Source: an uncultured bacterium (lineage in GTDB: Bacteria; UBA8481). Taken from it: 64,000 bases of DNA. The notes under the pieces are model-generated. The model made no database searches and was not told the DNA's origin. It worked only from the letters and a program-made list of their open reading frames with translations. Shown piece after piece: positions 54,334-62,906 of this stretch (position 1 is the stretch's first letter; the number at the start of each line of letters is the position of its first letter). A program made the position numbers and the translations under genes. The DNA lies in assembly GCA_964499705.1 (NCBI GenBank), contig CAZCME010000020.1, positions 1 to 64,000 on the forward strand, read 5' to 3'.

Positions 54334-54783
54334 ATGGCAGACACAGACGAGAATGGAGCGCGACGGGATCCGCGATACGTGGAGACCAGCTCCGATCTGT
54401 CGGACTGGATCCAGGTGCGGATCGTGAAGCAGTTCGGAGACGCCATCGAGCGGAGCGGGCTGCTGGTCGACCTGACCCCCCGCGCCGTGAAGGTCGCCTT
54501 TCCGATCGTCGACATGGACGAGGCGCTGAAAATCTTCGGCGTCGGATCGCGTCTTCTCATCACGTTTCGCTTCCGCGATCTCGCGTCGACAAACGCGACC
54601 GCGACCATCGCGCGGCTCGACGCGTTTCAGAACGGAGTCGGGATCGTCATGTTCTTCGACTTCATCCGGGAGGTCGATCGCGAATCGATCGCTCGCATCT
54701 GCACGGCCTACAACCGCGCCACGGGACAGACGTTGCGGGAGGCCGCCGGAATGTCCGCGCTTCCGGAAGAAGAACCGAAATAA
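54334..54783 (+). CDS. Hypothetical protein, possibly PilZ-like
   Basis: N-terminal 'RRDPR', 'LVDLT', 'GVGIVMFF'; TTGACA-N18-CATCAT upstream. Confidence 0.55.
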   Translation: MADTDENGARRDPRYVETSSDLSDWIQVRIVKQFGDAIERSGLLVDLTPRAVKVAFPIVDMDEALKIFGVGSRLLITFRFRDLASTNATATIARLDAFQNGVGIVMFFDFIREVDRESIARICTAYNRATGQTLREAAGMSALPEEEPK

Positions 54784-54812
54784 ACTCCTTCGGCGAAGCG
54801 TCGCGCTCCGAA

Positions 54813-55616
54813 ATGGCCGGCTTTCGGCCCGGTTCCCACCGGCTCGCGGTCGACATCGGCAACACGGAGACCGCGATCGGTGTGTACGCGGGATCCTCCA
54901 CCGCGACCGACCAGGTTCACCTGAAAACGATCCGTCTTCCCTCCGACGATCACGTCACGCCGGATTTCCTGTACAGTATTCTACTTCCCCACATCGAGGA
55001 TCTCTCCTTCGACGCCGTCGTCGTCTCCTCGGTCGTTCCCCAGTTGACCGCGGTGTGGACGGAACTGGCGGAGTGCAGGATGGAGTCGAGGACGATCGTC
55101 CTGGAACCCGCGCGGATTCCCGGTATCGAGATCCGGATCGCGCGTCCGGAGGAAGCCGGCGTCGACCGCATCGTCAATTCCTGGATGGGCTTCCGCCGTT
55201 ATGGAGGCCCGCTCGTCATCGTCGACATGGGAACCGCGACGACCTTCGACGTCGTCGATCACGACGGCGCCTACCTCGGCGGCGTGATCGCCCCCGGCGT
55301 CAGGCTCCTCGCCGAGTCGCTCGCCCGGAGGACCGCCAAATTGCCGCGCATCGAGATCGAGCCGCCCGCGACCGTCGTGGGCAGAACCACGAAAGAAGCG
55401 CTGCAGTCCGGCATCGTCCTCGGGCACACCGCGATGGTGGAAGGACTTCTGAACCGCATCGACAAGGAACTGGGAACGCGCCGCGTGGTCGCGACCGGCG
55501 GCCTCATGAACTCCGTCCGCCCCGATCTCGAATCCCGCTTCCATGCCTTCGACGCCTCGCTGACCCTCGACGGCATCATCGCCATCAGCGCGGAGATGGG
55601 AAAAGGACAGGGATGA
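54813..55616 (+). CDS. coaX: Type III pantothenate kinase
   Basis: 'LAVDIGNT', 'GVDRIVN', 'VDMGTATTFD', 'VATGG'. Confidence 0.93.
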   Translation: MAGFRPGSHRLAVDIGNTETAIGVYAGSSTATDQVHLKTIRLPSDDHVTPDFLYSILLPHIEDLSFDAVVVSSVVPQLTAVWTELAECRMESRTIVLEPARIPGIEIRIARPEEAGVDRIVNSWMGFRRYGGPLVIVDMGTATTFDVVDHDGAYLGGVIAPGVRLLAESLARRTAKLPRIEIEPPATVVGRTTKEALQSGIVLGHTAMVEGLLNRIDKELGTRRVVATGGLMNSVRPDLESRFHAFDASLTLDGIIAISAEMGKGQG

Positions 55617-55648
55617 AGGAGCAGCCATGAGGAATGAAGGAAAGGCTC

Positions 55649-55819
55649 AGAACTTCCCCATCAAAAATATTAACAGGATGAACAGGATAGGCAGGATCGA
55701 TTCAGGTTGGGAATAGAAGGCAATTTTGTCCAGTTATCGGGAAGCGGTCTTCATTCCTCTCAAATCCTGCCCATCCTGCCCATCCTGTTAAATTTCCCGC
55801 CATCGGATGGGGAACTTCT
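55649..55819. mobile_element. 171-bp MITE with 14-bp TIRs, 11-bp flanking direct repeat and internal 9-mer inverted arrays
   Basis: AGAACTTCCCCATC...GATGGGGAACTTCT (13/14); AGGAAAGGCTC at 55638-55648 and 55820-55830. Confidence 0.85.
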
Positions 55820-55875
55820 AGGAAAGGCTCTTTCTTCTTCATACTTCCTGCTGCATGATTCATACTTGCACCTTT

Positions 55876-55947
55876 GGCGGCGTACCCAAGCGGTAAGGGA
55901 GAGGTCTGCAAAACCTTTATGCGCCGGTTCGAATCCGGCCGCCGCCT
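55876..55947 (+). tRNA. tRNA-Cys(GCA), CCA not encoded
   Basis: Acceptor stem GGCGGCG...CGCCGCC plus U73, anticodon arm GAGGT-CTGCAAA-ACCTT, T-loop GGTTCGAATCC. Confidence 0.97.
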
Positions 55948-56024
55948 CATGATAGGGATGAAGGATTAAATATGAAGGATGAAGAGAACAATCGGATGTG
56001 GTTTTCTTCATCCTTTTCCTGACC

Positions 56025-56633
56025 TTGTCCCATCTCTTCCCCCTCTTCCCACTCCCCAACGTCGTTCTCTTTCCCTCCTGCTATCTTCCGCTCCACATCT
56101 TCGAGCCGCGCTACAGGGAGATGATCGCGGAGATCGATGAGTTCGACAGGCATATCGTGCTGGCTCTTCTGAAGCCCGGCTGGGAGCCGCACTATCATCA
56201 GGCGCCCGATGTTTTCAGCATCGCCTGCCTCGCGCGCGTGGAAGCGCAGGAGAAGATGAATGACGGACGCTTCAATATCCTCGTGCAGGGAGTCGACCGG
56301 GTTGAACTCGTCGACGAGATCCGCACGAAGCCGTACCGGCAGGTCGTCGTGAAGGTCGTCCGGCCCGCGGAGTCGAACGCGGTCTTCGATCGCAACCGGG
56401 TCATGGAGCTCCTCGACGACATCATGGATCGCGTCCCCAGCCAGGCGCCGGAGGGGTTGAAGGAGCGGCTCGCGGAAATCCATGGCAACGGGCTCTTCGC
56501 CGACACGATCGCCCATATTCTCCAGATTCCTCCGCAGGAGAAGCAGGAAATGCTGGAGACGTTCGGTGTCGCGGAGCGTCTGCATGCCGTGTTCGCGAGA
56601 ATGATGGAGCTTCGCCGCCGGCTCGATGAGTGA
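56025..56633 (+). CDS. LON peptidase N-terminal (substrate-binding) domain protein
   Basis: 'PLFPLPNVVLFP...LPLHIFEPRYREM', 'DGRFNILVQG'; start approximate (ORF opens at 55998). Confidence 0.85.
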   Translation: MSHLFPLFPLPNVVLFPSCYLPLHIFEPRYREMIAEIDEFDRHIVLALLKPGWEPHYHQAPDVFSIACLARVEAQEKMNDGRFNILVQGVDRVELVDEIRTKPYRQVVVKVVRPAESNAVFDRNRVMELLDDIMDRVPSQAPEGLKERLAEIHGNGLFADTIAHILQIPPQEKQEMLETFGVAERLHAVFARMMELRRRLDE

Positions 56634-56695
56634 TGCTCGTCGCCCCCCGTCGACGGACGTCTTGACGCGGATACGTCGCCGAGTTCAAATAGCGC

Positions 56696-57679
56696 ATGCT
56701 CATCCCGATCCAGGATCTCGCCGGAGAGTCGATCGACCCGTTCTCGCTGCTGGATCCCGATGAGCGCGCCCGCCTGCTGCGCGCGGCCGAAACGGATGTC
56801 TCCATTCTCATCCTCGGCGAGACCGGCACCGGCAAGGGCCAGCTCGCCCGCGCCATCGCGGATCGGTCGCGACGCCGCGCGCTTGTGGAGGTCAACTGCG
56901 CGGCGCTTCCGGAGGAATTGCTCGGGTCGGAGCTTTTCGGGCATAAGCGCGGCTCGTTCACGGGCGCGACTTCGGACCGGAAGGGCATCCTCATGGCCGC
57001 CGCCGGCAAGACCGTTTTCCTCGATGAGATCGGCGAAATTTCGCCGAACATGCAGCGGATGCTTTTGCGGGTTGCTCAACGGTCGAACCGGACGATCAAG
57101 CCGCTCGGCGCCGATACCGAATTCCCCCTGCCGCCGCTGCGATTTCTCTTCGCGACGAATCGGAACCTGGAGGTGGAATCCCGCGCCGGTCGATTCCGCG
57201 AGGATCTCCTCCGGCGCATCGACGTCGTCTCCGTGACCCTGCCGCCGCTCCGGGAAATGCCGAAGCTGATCCAGGGTTACGCGGGAAAATTCCTGGCGGA
57301 ACTCTCGAAGCTCCACAATATCCGCGTGAGCGGGCTCGATCGACGCGCGCTGGAACTGCTGAAGGAGCATCCTTGGCCGGGAAATGTGCGGGAGCTGAAA
57401 AATGTCCTGGAGCGGGCCCTGGTCACGGCTCCTCGCGAGAAGGTCGTTTCTCTCCGTGTCGCCGATATCCGCTGGGCGACCGCTCCGGGAAGAAACGGCA
57501 CCGTGCCGGCTCTGACCATGTCGCACGCGGAAAGCGAGGCCGAGAACATCCGCAGGGTGGTTCGTGAGGCGAAGGGCAATATAGCGCGCGCGGCGCGGGT
57601 GCTGGGATTTTCGTCCCGCAGTTCGCTCTATATCCGCATGAAAAAATACGGGATCACCATGGAAGGAAATGAGGGATGA
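56696..57679 (+). CDS. Sigma54-dependent activator (AAA+ and Fis HTH) lacking an N-terminal regulatory domain
   Basis: 'GETGTGK', 'SELFGHKRGSFTGA', 'FLDEI', 'WPGNVREL', C-terminal HTH; only ~30 aa precede the AAA domain. Confidence 0.9.
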   Translation: MLIPIQDLAGESIDPFSLLDPDERARLLRAAETDVSILILGETGTGKGQLARAIADRSRRRALVEVNCAALPEELLGSELFGHKRGSFTGATSDRKGILMAAAGKTVFLDEIGEISPNMQRMLLRVAQRSNRTIKPLGADTEFPLPPLRFLFATNRNLEVESRAGRFREDLLRRIDVVSVTLPPLREMPKLIQGYAGKFLAELSKLHNIRVSGLDRRALELLKEHPWPGNVRELKNVLERALVTAPREKVVSLRVADIRWATAPGRNGTVPALTMSHAESEAENIRRVVREAKGNIARAARVLGFSSRSSLYIRMKKYGITMEGNEG

Positions 57680-57680
57680 C

Positions 57681-58424
57681 ATGAAACTAAACGACACGGG
57701 CGGCGTCAGGAAAGGCGTAATTCTCGCCGGAGGCATGGGCACGCGCCTGCATCCGCTCACGAGGGTCACCAACAAGCATCTCCTTCCCGTCGGCGACCAG
57801 CCCATGATCTTCCACCCCATCAGGACGCTCGTGGACGCCGGCATCACGGAACTGCTCATTGTCCTCGGAGGAGAATCGGTCGGCGACTTCGTCCGGCTCC
57901 TGGGCGACGGCAGCGAGTTCGGCCTGAAGATCCTCTACTACGCGCACCAGGCCAAGGCGGACGGCATCGCGGGCGCCCTGAGGCTGGCGGAACATTTCAT
58001 TTACGGAGACCCCTTCGTCGTGATGCTGGGAGACAACATCGTCGACCGGTCGATCAAGCCCTACGTCGACAAGTTCTCGGCGAATCCGGAGCGTGCGCGA
58101 ATCCTCCTTAAAAGCGTCGATCATCCGGAACGATTCGGTGTGGCGGTCGTGGAGAAGGGAAAAATCACGAGAATCGTCGAGAAGCCGAAGGAGAAGATGG
58201 GAAACCTGGCTGTGACGGGAATCTACATGTATCCGTCCGATGTCTTCGAGATCGTGCGGGAGTTGAAGCCGTCCCGGCGGGGCGAGTTGGAGATCACGGA
58301 CGTGAACAACGGTTACCTGACGCGGGACCGGCTGGAGCACGATCTCTTCGAAGGCACGTGGACGGACGCCGGGACATTCCCGTCGCTCCGGTTCGCGACG
58401 CAGGCGATCTGGAACCGAAAGTGA
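57681..58424 (+). CDS. rmlA: Glucose-1-phosphate thymidylyltransferase (short form)
   Basis: 'GVILAGGMGTRLHPLT', 'RGELEITDVN', 'WTDAGT'. Confidence 0.88.
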   Translation: MKLNDTGGVRKGVILAGGMGTRLHPLTRVTNKHLLPVGDQPMIFHPIRTLVDAGITELLIVLGGESVGDFVRLLGDGSEFGLKILYYAHQAKADGIAGALRLAEHFIYGDPFVVMLGDNIVDRSIKPYVDKFSANPERARILLKSVDHPERFGVAVVEKGKITRIVEKPKEKMGNLAVTGIYMYPSDVFEIVRELKPSRRGELEITDVNNGYLTRDRLEHDLFEGTWTDAGTFPSLRFATQAIWNRK

Positions 58425-59419
58425 AACTTCTCATCACCGGCGGCTGCGGCTTCATCGGTTCGCACGTTGTCCGGCAGGCTCTGGCGATCGGACATGACGT
58501 TACGAATCTCGACAAGCTGACCTACGCGGGAAATCCCGCCAATCTAAGCGGCGTCAACACTTCGAAATACAGATTCGTCCAGGGCGATATCGCGGACGCG
58601 GGAGTTGTCGATCCGCTCGTGGCGGAAGCGGACGCCGTCATCAATCTCGCGGCGGAGACGCACGTCGACCGGTCGATCGATTCGGCCGACGCATTTCTGC
58701 GGACCAATGTCATCGGCGTTCACGTTCTCTGCGAAGTGATCAAGGCGTCCGGCCGCGCCGTGAGACTTCTCCAGGTCTCCACCGACGAGGTTTACGGCTC
58801 CATCGACTCCGGCGCGTTCAGCGAAGGAGATCGCTTCTCCCCTTCCAGCCCCTACTCGGCGGCGAAGGCCGGCGGCGAACTGATGGCGTTCTCCTATCAC
58901 ACGACGCATGGACTGGATGTGGTCTCCACGCGCGGCGCCAATACGTACGGTCCGAACCAGTTTCCTGAAAAACTCATTCCCTTTGCCGTGACGGAGCTCC
59001 TGGAAGGCCGGAAGATCCCGATGTACGGAGACGGCACCCAGGTTCGCGACTGGCTCCATGTTAATGACCACGCCCGCGCGATCCTATGCGTCCTGGAAAA
59101 CGGGAAACCAGGCGAGGCCTACAATGTTCCGGGAGAGAACGAGCGGCAGAACATCGAAGTCATCCGGGAGATTCTCAAGATGATGGGACTCGACGAATCG
59201 CGGATCGAAAAAGTGAAGGACCGTCCGGGACACGATCGGCGCTACGCCGTTGATGGAGCGAAGCTTCATGACTTGGGCTATGGCCCGGTCGAGACGCTGG
59301 CGAAAGGTCTCGTCGAGACCGTCGCCTGGTATCAGAAATACGAATCCTGGTGGAGGCCGTTGAAAGAAGCGTCGAAGGATTTCTTCGCGCGGCACTACGG
59401 GAAGCTGGGGCGAACGTAG
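58421..59419 (+). CDS. rmlB: dTDP-glucose 4,6-dehydratase
   Basis: 'GGCGFIG', 'DKLTYAGN', 'AAETHVDRSI', 'STDEVYG', 'DRPGHDRRY'; GTGA overlap. Confidence 0.95.
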   Translation: MKLLITGGCGFIGSHVVRQALAIGHDVTNLDKLTYAGNPANLSGVNTSKYRFVQGDIADAGVVDPLVAEADAVINLAAETHVDRSIDSADAFLRTNVIGVHVLCEVIKASGRAVRLLQVSTDEVYGSIDSGAFSEGDRFSPSSPYSAAKAGGELMAFSYHTTHGLDVVSTRGANTYGPNQFPEKLIPFAVTELLEGRKIPMYGDGTQVRDWLHVNDHARAILCVLENGKPGEAYNVPGENERQNIEVIREILKMMGLDESRIEKVKDRPGHDRRYAVDGAKLHDLGYGPVETLAKGLVETVAWYQKYESWWRPLKEASKDFFARHYGKLGRT

Positions 59420-59448
59420 GGGCAGGCAGGCCTCGCTCCCGCCCGTTT

Positions 59449-60024
59449 TCAGTTCTCGGGAGGATTTTTGGATTGTTCGATGAGATTGCGCAGGAAATCC
59501 AGGTCGTGTTTGTCGGCAGTTCTCGAAGGCCGCGCCGTGAACGCGGTGACTTTCATCTTTTCGAGATCTTCGGGTGAGGCGATGAAGACACGGTTGCCAT
59601 GGATGTTTTTCGCTATGGCGCGACCCATAACATCGCTGATGGATACGGGAAGATCGAAGACGAGATCAACGCGAACATTCTTCGTCATGTGCCAGAACCA
59701 GATGGATTCCGGCCTGTCGATGACTGCCCATGATCCGGAATTGACCTTGTCAGAATCGAGTTTCGTGGGCATGTAGTTCACGCTGTCCCATCCGAAAATG
59801 ACGGCAAATCCTTCATCGATCATGATATGAACGCAGCGGCGAAGCGTATCGTCAGTTTTAGGAGCTGCAAAATCGCAGTCGCGCGTCATTCGAGTGGAAC
59901 CATAGATGACGAGCGCCATACCGCCGATCAGCACAGGCGTGATGTCGTTTTTTTCGAGAACCGTAGCGACGCGCGCGATGATTTCGGGTGTTGGCGCTCG
60001 AGCGACGACGCCGGTTGGAATTAT
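59449..60024 (-). CDS. Pol-beta-type nucleotidyltransferase (DUF6036/AbiEii-like), putative toxin, probable non-canonical ATA start
   Basis: 'LIGGMAL..YGSTRMTRDCDF', 'ASPEDLEKMK', 'DKHDL'. The frame stays open upstream of GTG 59934 through 'PEIIARVATVLEKNDITPV' to ATA 60024, which overlaps the upstream TAA. Confidence 0.7.
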   Translation of the reverse strand: MIPTGVVARAPTPEIIARVATVLEKNDITPVLIGGMALVIYGSTRMTRDCDFAAPKTDDTLRRCVHIMIDEGFAVIFGWDSVNYMPTKLDSDKVNSGSWAVIDRPESIWFWHMTKNVRVDLVFDLPVSISDVMGRAIAKNIHGNRVFIASPEDLEKMKVTAFTARPSRTADKHDLDFLRNLIEQSKNPPEN

Positions 60025-60290
60025 GGAATCCGATACGGGGCGAGCGACAGGATCACATCAAGACGGCGGGCATTTTCCATGATCCGCTCATCCGCCGCCT
60101 CGATATCCCACCGAGGCCCAGCCGCATCTTCCGCCATCATGCGCCGGTAATCCGCTGACATTCGCTTGATCGCCGCGGCCTTCCCCCCCATGGCCGCAAT
60201 CTCGTGCCGCCGTTCAGGTGAAAGCCGAGCCGCCCGCTCTCGACCGCCTCGGCTTCCCAATGCGCGAGCTATTTCTTTGATCGAATCCAT
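60021..60290 (-). CDS. Small basic KGG-motif-like protein, putative antitoxin/autorepressor
   Basis: 'ARALGSRGGRERAARLSPERRHEIAAMGGKA'; own promoter with operator palindrome. Confidence 0.7.
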   Translation of the reverse strand: MDSIKEIARALGSRGGRERAARLSPERRHEIAAMGGKAAAIKRMSADYRRMMAEDAAGPRWDIEAADERIMENARRLDVILSLAPYRIP

Positions 60291-60296
60291 AAATGA

Positions 60297-60325
60297 ATTT
60301 TATATGCACGCTTACCGCTAAGCAA
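60297..60325 (-). promoter_or_regulatory. Sigma70 promoter with overlapping operator palindrome (leaderless)
   Basis: TTGCTT-N17-TAAAAT-N6-ATG on the minus strand; GCTTA-CCGC-TAAGC at 60310-60323. Confidence 0.7.
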
Positions 60326-60382
60326 GTAAATCCACGTCGCGGTGAATTGACGCAGGGTGATTCAGGGGGGTAGGATGATGAT

Positions 60383-60979
60383 GTGAGCTTGCCCGCCAAC
60401 AGATATGATGCGACTTATGAGGATCTGAAGCGCGTGCCGGACACCAAGATCGCGGAGATCATCGGAGGAGAGCTGATCGTTTCTCCGCGTCCGGCCGGAC
60501 CGCATGCGATCAGCGCATCAGGAATGGGGATGGAATTGGGCCCTCCGTTTCGAATGGGCCGCGGCGGTCCGGGCGGATGGTGGATCATCGACGAACCGGA
60601 GCTGCATCTGGGGGAGCATGTTCTTGTTCCGGACCTGGCGGGATGGCGGCGAGAACGTCTTCCGGTCTATCCGGCCGAGCCTTTCGTGACGCTCTCCCCC
60701 GACTGGATTTGTGAAGTCCTGTCCGAATCGACGTGCCGCGTCGATCGTATCCGCAAATTGCCCATCTATGCCGAGCACGAAGTCCGCCATGCCTGGCTTG
60801 TCGATCCGATTGAAGAGACGCTCGAAGTTTACCGGCTCGAAGGCCGACACTGGCTCCTCGTCGGCACCCACGAAGGCGATGCCGAGGTCCGCGCGGAACC
60901 CTTCGACGCCATAGCGCTTCAACTGAGTGTCCTGTGGGACCGCGGCGAGCCGCGTCCCGCTCAAGCCGAGGGCTTATAG
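60383..60979 (+). CDS. Uma2/DUF820 family endonuclease-fold protein
   Basis: 'AEIIGGELIVSPRP', 'GPGGWWI', 'VPDLAGWRRER', 'PDWICEVLS', 'WLVDP'; TTGACG-N18-TAGGAT-N6-GTG. Confidence 0.92.
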   Translation: MSLPANRYDATYEDLKRVPDTKIAEIIGGELIVSPRPAGPHAISASGMGMELGPPFRMGRGGPGGWWIIDEPELHLGEHVLVPDLAGWRRERLPVYPAEPFVTLSPDWICEVLSESTCRVDRIRKLPIYAEHEVRHAWLVDPIEETLEVYRLEGRHWLLVGTHEGDAEVRAEPFDAIALQLSVLWDRGEPRPAQAEGL

Positions 60980-61170
60980 ATGCCCTGATTCTGCGGAAAA
61001 GCGTTCGAAATTTCGAGAAGGTCCGGCTCCGAGTCGGAACGACCTGAGTGTCTTTTTACACCGAACAACCTTTGTTCATGTTTGAAAAGTGAAGTTTGCG
61101 CAGGTTGAAAATGGAGCTAAATCCAGTGAATTGAGGGTGGAAAAATCGAAAAAAAGTTGTGAAAAAGCCA

Positions 61171-61199
61171 TTGACTCGGAGCATTATTGACGATATAAA
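61171..61199 (+). promoter_or_regulatory. Near-consensus sigma70 promoter with A-rich UP element
   Basis: TTGACT-N17-TATAAA, preceded by A tracts. Confidence 0.75.
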
Positions 61200-61205
61200 A
61201 CCACG

Positions 61206-61516
61206 CTACATCCCGGCCTTTCACGGTCGAGGTGTCGATGTGCCGTCTGTCTCTCTCGCGATGTTCGCGAAAAAGACAGATCTAAAGAACCGCGGGTCGC
61301 GCCCAAATTTGAGGCTCTAGGAGGTGAACGGGGAGAGACGCAAGTTTCTCACACGGGGCGAATGCGACGGAGCGGGGACTGAAAAGGAGTGCGGGTCTCT
61401 GGTGAACCCGGTTCTGGCGAAAGCCGGAGCGAATCATTGGTCCCGGCAGCAACACCGGCGGGAGAATACAAAATTGAAACTTCGGTCTCTAAAGAGACCA
61501 TGGAGGAATTATACAA
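61206..61516 (+). ncRNA. Candidate structured 5' leader / cis-regulatory RNA of porin 1
   Basis: Continuous helices, GNRA-capped stems (GCAA, GAAA), two multibranch domains; matches no riboswitch I recognise. Confidence 0.5.
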
Positions 61517-62698
61517 ATGAAGAAATTTGCGATTACAGCGCTGGCGTGCGCAATCGCCCTTCCGGCTTCGGCTGCGGGCGTCACGATCAGCGGTTACATC
61601 GATGTCGGTTATTGGGCGGCGGAAAATCCCAAGAACAGCATCACCGCTTCGCCCCGTCTTCAGGCAGCTACGGCTACCAATGGCTCGTGGAACGGCAACG
61701 ATCAGTTCGCGCTCAATGAAGTCAACCTCGATATCTCCAGCCAGCTCACAAACGACATCTCGGCTTTTGCCTCGGTCGACTTCGTCACCGGTGGAGCAGG
61801 TGCGATTGATTACGCGTACCTCGATATCGCCAACCCCGGTCCGTTTGATCTGAATGTCCGCGCCGGACGCATTCCGTCCGTCATCGGCATCGAGCAGCGG
61901 GTTTCCGAGGCGAATCAGAGCAAGTTCGTGAACCTCTCGCTCCTCTCCCCGATCACGGTCGGGTCGCAGGACGGAGTCGCGATCTACGGCTCGTTCAGCC
62001 CGGTCAACTACGCGGTTGCCGTCACGAACAATGATAATTTTGGCGGAGCCCAAGTCATGGGCGCGCTTCCGAACGTTGCCGGCTACACACCTGCCGCTCT
62101 GCGTCCGGGCAACAACAACGGCGCCGTTGGTACCGTTGCTGACAATAACAATGACAAGGCGATTTCGGGCCGCATCGGTGTTGTGCCGATTGAAGGTCTC
62201 GAGCTCGGCGTTTCCGCTTCACGCTCCGTTTATGCCGGTGTTGCGGCCGCGGGCGCGGTTGTGGACAAGAAGAATCCGACGCGCAACATTGTCGCGGCGG
62301 ACGCTTCCTACGCTTGGGGAGCTTTCTCCATCAAGGGCGAGTATGCCGCAGTCAAGGAACAGCCGCAGAATCTCATCGGAGTCGCTGCTTTCGCGGATCT
62401 GAATGTTCGCGGATATTCGATCGAGGGCTGGTACGACTGGACCTCGAAGTTCGGTCTTGGCGTTCGTTACGGCCGCATGGAAGTCGAACAGAACGGGCCG
62501 GTTGTTACGGCCACGACGACGGGCTCTGCGTACGATTACAGCACGTTGTCGGTTGCCGCGGCGTACAAGCTCGCGGACAACGTTTCCGCTCGGGCTGAGT
62601 ACGACGTGAACGAAGAGAGCGTTTTGAACTACCAGGGAACGGCGGGTCGTGAGGCTGATAACGACGCGATTTCCTTCTCGCTGGTCGGCTCCTTCTAA
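61517..62698 (+). CDS. Outer-membrane porin / beta-barrel (paralogue 1)
   Basis: GGAGG SD, signal peptide, 'VTISGYIDVGY', 'DNNNDKAISGR', C-terminal F. Confidence 0.85.
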   Translation: MKKFAITALACAIALPASAAGVTISGYIDVGYWAAENPKNSITASPRLQAATATNGSWNGNDQFALNEVNLDISSQLTNDISAFASVDFVTGGAGAIDYAYLDIANPGPFDLNVRAGRIPSVIGIEQRVSEANQSKFVNLSLLSPITVGSQDGVAIYGSFSPVNYAVAVTNNDNFGGAQVMGALPNVAGYTPAALRPGNNNGAVGTVADNNNDKAISGRIGVVPIEGLELGVSASRSVYAGVAAAGAVVDKKNPTRNIVAADASYAWGAFSIKGEYAAVKEQPQNLIGVAAFADLNVRGYSIEGWYDWTSKFGLGVRYGRMEVEQNGPVVTATTTGSAYDYSTLSVAAAYKLADNVSARAEYDVNEESVLNYQGTAGREADNDAISFSLVGSF

Positions 62699-62718
62699 TC
62701 TTAACTTAGTACGGGACT

Positions 62719-62748
62719 GGGCCGCCGCTGAAAAGCGGCGGCCCTTTT
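62719..62748 (+). terminator. Rho-independent terminator
   Basis: GGGCCGCCGCT-GAAA-AGCGGCGGCCC-TTTT. Confidence 0.9.
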
Positions 62749-62848
62749 AATTTCCATGCGAAATTGGATGGCAGACATTATTCACCATGTCTCGATCAGA
62801 TGTGATCGAAGCAAGTATCCTGCATGCTTCAAGTGCCATGTTTTCAAT

Positions 62849-62864
62849 TGGCATTTATATTGCT
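62849..62864 (+). promoter_or_regulatory. Sigma54 (-24/-12) promoter of porin 2
   Basis: TGGCAT-TTATA-TTGCT with exact GG-N10-GC spacing. Confidence 0.8.
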
Positions 62865-62906
62865 CTTGCGTAGGCAGCATAAATATCTCAGAAGGAGAAT
62901 GACAAG

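Noticed and set aside
53640-54812. Apparent long N-terminal extension or fusion on CoaX (658-aa ORF)
   Set aside because: Overlaps cysE antisense and the 54334 gene; CoaX motifs begin at ATG 54813.
55876-56000. Prophage/ICE integration at tRNA-Cys
   Set aside because: No integrase and no duplicated tRNA 3' end in the window.
59416-59446. GTAG-type REP or terminator after rmlB
   Set aside because: Single imperfect hairpin with no second copy in the window.
60375-60386. ATG-ATG-ATG-TGA minigene before Uma2
   Set aside because: Overlaps the predicted -10 box and spacer, so it is probably not transcribed.
61324-61719. 131-aa ORF and perfect SD AGGAGGTG within the porin leader
   Set aside because: No start codon at proper spacing after the SD, and the ORF overlaps the porin out of frame.
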